This document shows, one piece after another, positions 58,638 to 64,000 of a DNA stretch of 64,000 bases. How positions within the stretch are numbered: the stretch's first letter is position 1; every line of letters starts with the position of its first letter. The notes under the pieces are model-generated. The model did no database searches and was not told the DNA's origin. It saw only the letters and a list, made by a program, of their open reading frames with translations. Source of the stretch: a virus (taxonomy: Duplodnaviria > Caudoviricetes); IMG/VR virus record IMGVR_UViG_3300021431_004524, positions 128,001-192,000 of that record. One strand, given 5' to 3'. The position numbers and the translations under genes are program-made.

Positions 58638-59285
58638 ATGGCAAAATATACATATATTAAAAGAGATGCAGTAGGCTTTTACGTAGAACTTGATAAACTG
58701 CTTACAAGTGATTTGTACTCAGACCTTGGCACGACATGGGAAGACTTCATCGATTTCAAATGGGTTCTCCTTTCTGATGAACAGGTCGCATTCCATGAGG
58801 CTAATCCGGATGCGACAGTTCAGGAGGTTTGGAATATGCAACTTACCCCTCCTCACGTAAGGACTCTTGAAGAGGCAAAGGCTGAAATGATTCAGAGAAT
58901 CGATGAATATGACCGAAGTTCAAATATTAATGGCTTCACAGTTAATCATGAAATCGAAGGCTGGCTTACGGCAGATGAGAGAAGTAACTACCGTTCTTCA
59001 ATCGAATCGTCTGAATTGTTAGGTGTTGAGACACTTTCATTCTATGTCGGTGACTACCTTATGGAAGTAACGACACAGGATGCTAAGTATATGCTTGCAC
59101 AGATTCAGTTATATGCCGACCAGTGCTATATGGTAACGAAACAGCATAAACTTTCGGTTGAGGCTCTTGATACAATCGAGGCAGTTGATGCATTCGACTA
59201 TACAAGCGGTTATCCGCAGAAACTTAACTTCGAGGTTGAAACTGAGAATGTTGAGGAAGTGCCAAGTGAACCAGCAGGAGAGTAA
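58638..59285 (+). CDS. DUF4376-like tail-fibre assembly protein (paralog of 55379)
   Basis: Long identical stretches with 55379. Confidence 0.72.
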   Translation: MAKYTYIKRDAVGFYVELDKLLTSDLYSDLGTTWEDFIDFKWVLLSDEQVAFHEANPDATVQEVWNMQLTPPHVRTLEEAKAEMIQRIDEYDRSSNINGFTVNHEIEGWLTADERSNYRSSIESSELLGVETLSFYVGDYLMEVTTQDAKYMLAQIQLYADQCYMVTKQHKLSVEALDTIEAVDAFDYTSGYPQKLNFEVETENVEEVPSEPAGE

Positions 59286-59321
59286 TCACAATTCATGACG
59301 TTATTCATACCTATATATAAT

Positions 59322-59356
59322 AAATGCGGCCATTTTTCTTGACCGCATTTATTTTT
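59322..59356. terminator. bidirectional terminator
   Basis: AAATGCGG...CCGCATTT between convergent genes. Confidence 0.7.
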
Positions 59357-59417
59357 GTTAATAACATTTCACTTATCCAAAAACACTTATAAGAAATACT
59401 ATACTATTTTTATAAAA

Positions 59418-60693
59418 TTATGCCGATTGTGGTGCATATATCACAGCACGGACATTATAGTAAGATTTTTTATATAGAGTAGAGGTTATTTGTGCGGTAC
59501 TACCAGACCATTGTCCGCCATAGCATTTAGTGGCATCTGTTTCGCGCCCCCCCTAAAACCGGATAAAAATATTTAGTGGTATTAACACCCCATTTATTAT
59601 GTAGTGAAACAAGTGCTAAATGAGGACCGTCATAACTGGTATCATATCTATTGCAAATAATCCTTGCCATACTACCTGTTGGCAGACACCAGTCACCTTG
59701 ATTTGTCCCTGTTGTATGATATCTCCAACAGCACTGTGCCGCCGGATGTATGTATTGACTATTAGTTGTGTTAGTTATTTTACTTGCTGTTTTCCATGCC
59801 GTACTATTTGAATTATCTACTGCAAGTATTTTTGCTGATAATTGTTCCGGTGTATCACTGCCTGTCATTCCACCAATAGTATAGCCATCGCCACCGTAAC
59901 ATGGAGAGTTACTTGAAGAATTGCCGGCATTACCGGTATCTGGCGTATAATAAGACATCGTATTTAATGAATAATAATAGTCGCCACTACATTTAATTCC
60001 AATCGGTATTACACCAGATGGTATTTCTGTCATACTATATACTTTTTTATCTGAACATAGAATATTATTATACCATCCAGAATCTGCAGGATATTGACCA
60101 ATATACACATAAGCACTTTTATTAAGTGTCTTATGTGTTGCCCGTACAGAAACACTTCTGTATGAACCACTATAAAAATCTTCTGTGGCTTTTATGTATT
60201 GATAACGACCTGACTGGTTTGAAAAAGTAAGCCATGTTATGTTTTTGCCAAACGTCCAATTATAATCAGATGCCGTTCCATAACTAACGCTCACATATTT
60301 GGCATTCTCGTTTGGATTAACAAATGCCGCCAAAGATACAGCACCATAATTATTTACGTCGTGCAAAGTAAGTTTTACACTACCTTCATTTTGCGTAAGT
60401 TCTAATTCTACGGTTTCACCTTGATATGTAATTGTAACAGTGCCACTCCTACTATTGGCAATATCAGTATTTTCTTGATAGGATATTGAAATATATCCGT
60501 TACTTTTATAATATGATGCGGATGATATCCATGTTTCGCTTTTTGATACGGTAACGCCGTCATCTTTTAATAATTCTCCACCATAATATATATTCACAGT
60601 AAAACCACCGCTTGTACCGGATACCGTTTTTTGATTATATTCCAACGTTAAACCGTTTTTAGTTTCATTTATTAACAATTCTCTTCTTCTCAT
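59418..60693 (-). pseudogene. BACON plus C-lectin-fold (DUF1566-like) protein, frameshifted at a G7 tract
   Basis: MRRRELL start; IPIGI, GT..GDW.LP; removing one G at 59547-59553 restores ...LYKKSYYNVRAVI* ending at 59418. Confidence 0.72.
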
Positions 60694-60751
60694 TTAAAGT
60701 ATAGTATATATAGTTTTATTTTTTTTAATATATTTTATTAAAATTTGTATA

Positions 60752-60776
60752 ATAGTCACTAATTATTAGTGACTAT
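60752..60776. repeat. perfect 12-bp inverted repeat with core CTAATTATTAG
   Basis: ATAGTCACTAAT-T-ATTAGTGACTAT between divergent MRRR genes. Confidence 0.85.
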
Positions 60777-60794
60777 ATATACTTTTTTATAAAA

Positions 60795-62246
60795 ATGAGA
60801 AGAAGAAATTTGTTATTTAGTGCCGGCAGTGTGTCACCGGATGGTATAACTTATGAATACGTTGACATGGGATTGTCCGTTAAATGGGCAACATTTGATG
60901 TCGGGGCAACAAAAGTCGGTGAATACGGAAAATACTTCCAATGGGGCGATATTCAAGGTTATGCTTCCTCAGAAGTAGGCTCAGGAGACGGTAAAAAGTA
61001 CTTTGAATGGAATGATTACAAATATTGTAATGGTAGTTATGACACCTTAACTAAGTACAATAATAATTCATCATATGGTACTGTGGATAATAAAACCGTA
61101 CTTGAATCAAGTGACGATGCGGCAACATTCAACATGGGTAAGGGATGGAGGATGCCTACAGAAGCAGAATACACTGAACTTATCAATGCATGTAATCAAA
61201 CTTGGGACAGTACAAATAAATGGCGTATATTCACGCTGAAAACTGATAGTACCAAGAAAGTTGTTTTTCCTGCTTCCGGCCTCGGCATCAGTGGTGGCCT
61301 CGGCGGCCGAGGTTATAGCGGCTATTTTTGGTCTTCGTCCCTTAGCACGTCGGACCCGGTCAACGGGCACTACCTCAGCGTGGACAGGAGCAATGGTGTC
61401 GTGTACAACAGCTACCGTTTCTACGGCTTCTGCGTCCGGGGCGTATATAGAGAACCAGGTAATCCAATGCCGCCAATGAGTGTGTTATTTGTAAACAAAA
61501 ACGATACGACACAGAAACAAATATTTGAAAAAAATAATTGGCCGTCAGCTTCCGATTGGACACCAATCGGTATCGTAGTTGTTCCTGCTTCACATAACCG
61601 CTATGGAGATAAAACGAATGGTATTATGTCACTTGGTTGTCTAAATACTGATGGTACGATGCAGACAACAGGAACGACAAATAATGTGACAATGCAGTGG
61701 GGTGGAATTGGAACAGACACTTCTCTGAGTAATTATACTACTTGTGATGGAAGTAATGAAAGAGGTTATCTTCAGTTCCAAGCCAATAGCAGTTCTACTG
61801 CCTTGTCATACGCTGACACACCTAATATAACATATCCATACACCGACCTAACTGCTACTGAGCACAACGTTATAAGCGTTGGCTCTTTAAGTGATTATGA
61901 CGGTGTTGGAAACACCAATATACTGAATGCTTCAGCATCAACGTACATTGCAGCAGCGGCTTGCAAGAAATTCAAGACAAGTGGCACAAGTGCTGGCGAT
62001 TGGTATCTTCCAGCTGCTGGTGAGTTGGCATATCTTCCAAGCATAAGGTATCAAGTGAATGACACGATAAGTGCATTGAATACTAAGTATGGTAATGTTG
62101 GTGTTCAGTTGGATACATATCAATACTATTGGTCGAGTTCAGAGTACAGTAGCGGCTACGCTTGGCTCGTGGCTATGGACAATGGTAACGTGGACGGCTA
62201 CGCTAAGAACAGCTACTTCTATGTTAGGGCGTTCTTGAGGTTTTAG
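60795..62246 (+). CDS. double C-lectin-fold receptor-binding protein, DGR target with two variable regions
   Basis: Domain 1 YVDMGLSVKWAT...WRMPT...FWSSS...GFCVRGV; domain 2 PIGIVV...DWYLPAAGEL...YWSSSE...VRAFL. Confidence 0.82.
   Translation: MRRRNLLFSAGSVSPDGITYEYVDMGLSVKWATFDVGATKVGEYGKYFQWGDIQGYASSEVGSGDGKKYFEWNDYKYCNGSYDTLTKYNNNSSYGTVDNKTVLESSDDAATFNMGKGWRMPTEAEYTELINACNQTWDSTNKWRIFTLKTDSTKKVVFPASGLGISGGLGGRGYSGYFWSSSLSTSDPVNGHYLSVDRSNGVVYNSYRFYGFCVRGVYREPGNPMPPMSVLFVNKNDTTQKQIFEKNNWPSASDWTPIGIVVVPASHNRYGDKTNGIMSLGCLNTDGTMQTTGTTNNVTMQWGGIGTDTSLSNYTTCDGSNERGYLQFQANSSSTALSYADTPNITYPYTDLTATEHNVISVGSLSDYDGVGNTNILNASASTYIAAAACKKFKTSGTSAGDWYLPAAGELAYLPSIRYQVNDTISALNTKYGNVGVQLDTYQYYWSSSEYSSGYAWLVAMDNGNVDGYAKNSYFYVRAFLRF
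61268..61446 (+). repeat. putative DGR variable region 1 (internal)
   Basis: Abrupt GC-rich, NNC-codon-rich segment at the end of lectin domain 1. Confidence 0.65.
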
Positions 62247-62260
62247 CCTCCTCGCTTTTG
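62120..62260 (+). repeat. putative DGR variable region 2 (3' terminal)
   Basis: NNC/NNT codons (TAC, AGC, GGC, GAC, AAC) at the end of lectin domain 2. Confidence 0.6.
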
Positions 62261-62462
62261 GAATATTAGTATTGAATTCTTCAATTTTATAAACAAAATT
62301 ATACATTAAGTGTATTATAAGACAAGAAATATTATTTATAATAAATCCCCATTAGACGAAATTGTTTGTTTTAATGGGGATTATATTTTTTTAACTAAAA
62401 AAGTTTGCTATTTTGGTTTTTTTGCTGTAATTTTGCAGAAAAATAGAAAAAGTTAAGAAATT

Positions 62463-62705
62463 ATGAAAAAGATTATCCTATTAGCAGCCGCATTGATGAT
62501 GGCGGGGTGCGAAGAAAAACAACCAGATGGAACATACAAACCATATTTCTATAGAACTTATACAGTAGATTCTTGTGAATATATTGGGTATGACTTTCTT
62601 GCTCACAAAGGAAATTGTCGCTTCTGTGAAGAACGTGATTCGATTAAATGGGCAAAGCGTAAACAGGAATTGAAAGAATTGATTGAACAATTAAAGGAGA
62701 AATAA
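62463..62705 (+). CDS. putative lipoprotein
   Basis: MKKIILL...MAGC lipobox; DSCEY...LAHKGNC..C. Confidence 0.7.
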   Translation: MKKIILLAAALMMAGCEEKQPDGTYKPYFYRTYTVDSCEYIGYDFLAHKGNCRFCEERDSIKWAKRKQELKELIEQLKEK

Positions 62706-62707
62706 CT

Positions 62708-63100
62708 ATGGAACAAAAAGATAAACAACTATTACTCAAAGACCTTTGTGCAAGGTTGCCTTATGGAGTAAAGGTATTTATACAAGATACTACTGGAAAA
62801 CATTCAACAATAACAGAAAGGATTTTTGATACCTATGTTCTTCAATTTTTAAGTAATAACAATATCCTTATAAAACCATATCTCCGTCCAATGTCAAGTA
62901 TGACTGAGGAAGAGTACAGTGAATTAAAAAAGATTAGTAGCTATTATGGATTTGCACCCTTTGAGTACATACATGATTGGGCTCCAAATTATGAGATGAC
63001 AGATTGGCTCAATGCTCATCACTTTGACTATAGAGGACTCATAGGGAAAGGTCTTGCACTTGAAGCACCAGAGGGGATGTATAACTTAGAAAAGAAATAA
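62708..63100 (+). CDS. hypothetical phage protein
   Basis: DLCARLPYGVK...KPYLRPMSSMT...HFDYRGLI motif family. Confidence 0.75.
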   Translation: MEQKDKQLLLKDLCARLPYGVKVFIQDTTGKHSTITERIFDTYVLQFLSNNNILIKPYLRPMSSMTEEEYSELKKISSYYGFAPFEYIHDWAPNYEMTDWLNAHHFDYRGLIGKGLALEAPEGMYNLEKK

Positions 63101-63102
63101 CT

Positions 63103-63489
63103 ATGGCAGCAATTAAAGAAGATTATGTTTCTTTTGAGATAGCAAAATTACTGAAAGAAAAAGGATTCAAAGGTGAAGGAGAACATTTTTATGAAAATAA
63201 TGAAATTGTAAGTTTTATTAATTATTGGGATAGAATTACTCCTAAACAAAGATATGAAGCTATAGAAGCTCCAACTCTTCAAATGGCAATGAAGTGGTTG
63301 AGAGAAAAACATCTACTACATATTCCTATAGATATGGTTAATGGGGGCAGATGGAAATATGAAATAGATGATATAAGTGTTCCTGTTGATGGTGGGGTTC
63401 TTCCTAAATATTATTGTGATAAAACTTTCAGTAGCTATGAAGAAGCTGTTGATGACGCAATAAAGTATTGTCTTGAAAATTTAATTTAA
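63103..63489 (+). CDS. hypothetical phage protein
   Basis: EDYVSFEIAKLLKEKGF...APT.QMAMKWLRE motif family. Confidence 0.75.
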   Translation: MAAIKEDYVSFEIAKLLKEKGFKGEGEHFYENNEIVSFINYWDRITPKQRYEAIEAPTLQMAMKWLREKHLLHIPIDMVNGGRWKYEIDDISVPVDGGVLPKYYCDKTFSSYEEAVDDAIKYCLENLI

Positions 63490-63495
63490 ATAACT

Positions 63496-63885
63496 ATGGC
63501 AATAATTAAAAGTTATACAGACCTTCCTCAGTCAAAGGTTCTTGCTAAGATACTTCCGCTTGAAAGTGCGGATATGCATTATGCTACTTGGACTATTTTA
63601 GATGGTGAATTTATAGTATCTCCAAATCAAGGAAGTACAATAAAAAGTATGCAAGAAGATTACGGTAATCAAATTATTCCTTGCTGGTCACTTACGGCAT
63701 TGCTTAGTGTTTTGCCTAAAATTGATGCAGAAGAGCCGATGGTAAGAAAACTATATTATGCAAATGAACCAAAAGAAAGATATATCTGTCAATACAGTTT
63801 AACTAATATGACAAGTGAATATGGCAATCCTGTGGATGCTTGCGTGGCTATGATTATTAAACTTCATGAACGTGAAATCTTATAA
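63496..63885 (+). CDS. hypothetical phage protein
   Basis: T...QSK.L...SADM...PCWSL.ALL..LP motif family. Confidence 0.72.
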   Translation: MAIIKSYTDLPQSKVLAKILPLESADMHYATWTILDGEFIVSPNQGSTIKSMQEDYGNQIIPCWSLTALLSVLPKIDAEEPMVRKLYYANEPKERYICQYSLTNMTSEYGNPVDACVAMIIKLHEREIL

Positions 63886-64000
63886 TTATGAATGGATTAA
63901 TAATATTTGGAGAAATGAGAAAAACAAGACCAGGAAAATGACCTAACCTTGTTTGTTTTGTTAATATCACAATAACGTTAAAATTCCAAATCTTGACGCA

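Noticed and set aside
1-64000. TAG-recoded genetic code as in Lak phages
   Set aside because: Code 11 gives full-length conserved proteins up to 2425 aa; TAG ends complete genes (1384, 62246); no CTA tRNA is evident.

Overview
AT-rich 64 kb segment of a large (jumbo or mega) phage of Bacteroidota, probably Prevotella-like. The host call rests on repeated TTTG-N~20-TAnnTTTG promoters and a tmRNA tag GETTYALAA. Standard code 11 gives intact ORFs. The left part (1-16.1 kb) is an RNA-centred island. It holds a Ro60/TROVE gene with a Y RNA, about 25 tRNA genes, tmRNA, an HNH endonuclease, an Rnl2-type RNA ligase, and an intact TnpB followed by an omegaRNA-like segment and a 6-spacer CRISPR array. 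The middle part (16-46 kb) carries auxiliary genes: nadE, Hsp20, dnaK, dnaJ, Nudix, IF3, sigma70, two phosphatases, Tpt1/KptA, a GH108 endolysin and an ABC transporter module. The right part (46-62 kb) carries fibre/adhesin genes, including a 2425-aa repeat protein, and C-type-lectin-fold DGR-type targets. Three observations stand out. (1) Six copies of a covarying Y-RNA-like stem; five are grafted onto tRNA bodies at four different points (anticodon arm, variable loop, D-loop, acceptor end) and one carries no tRNA. (2) Five tRNAs carry a shared ~80-nt anticodon-loop intron (hairpin plus nested tRNA minihelix ending in C), next to a ligase/Tpt1 repair kit. (3) The TnpB-omegaRNA-CRISPR locus resembles a TnpB-to-Cas12 intermediate with type VI-B/II-like repeats. 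All calls are by eye; no database searches were run.
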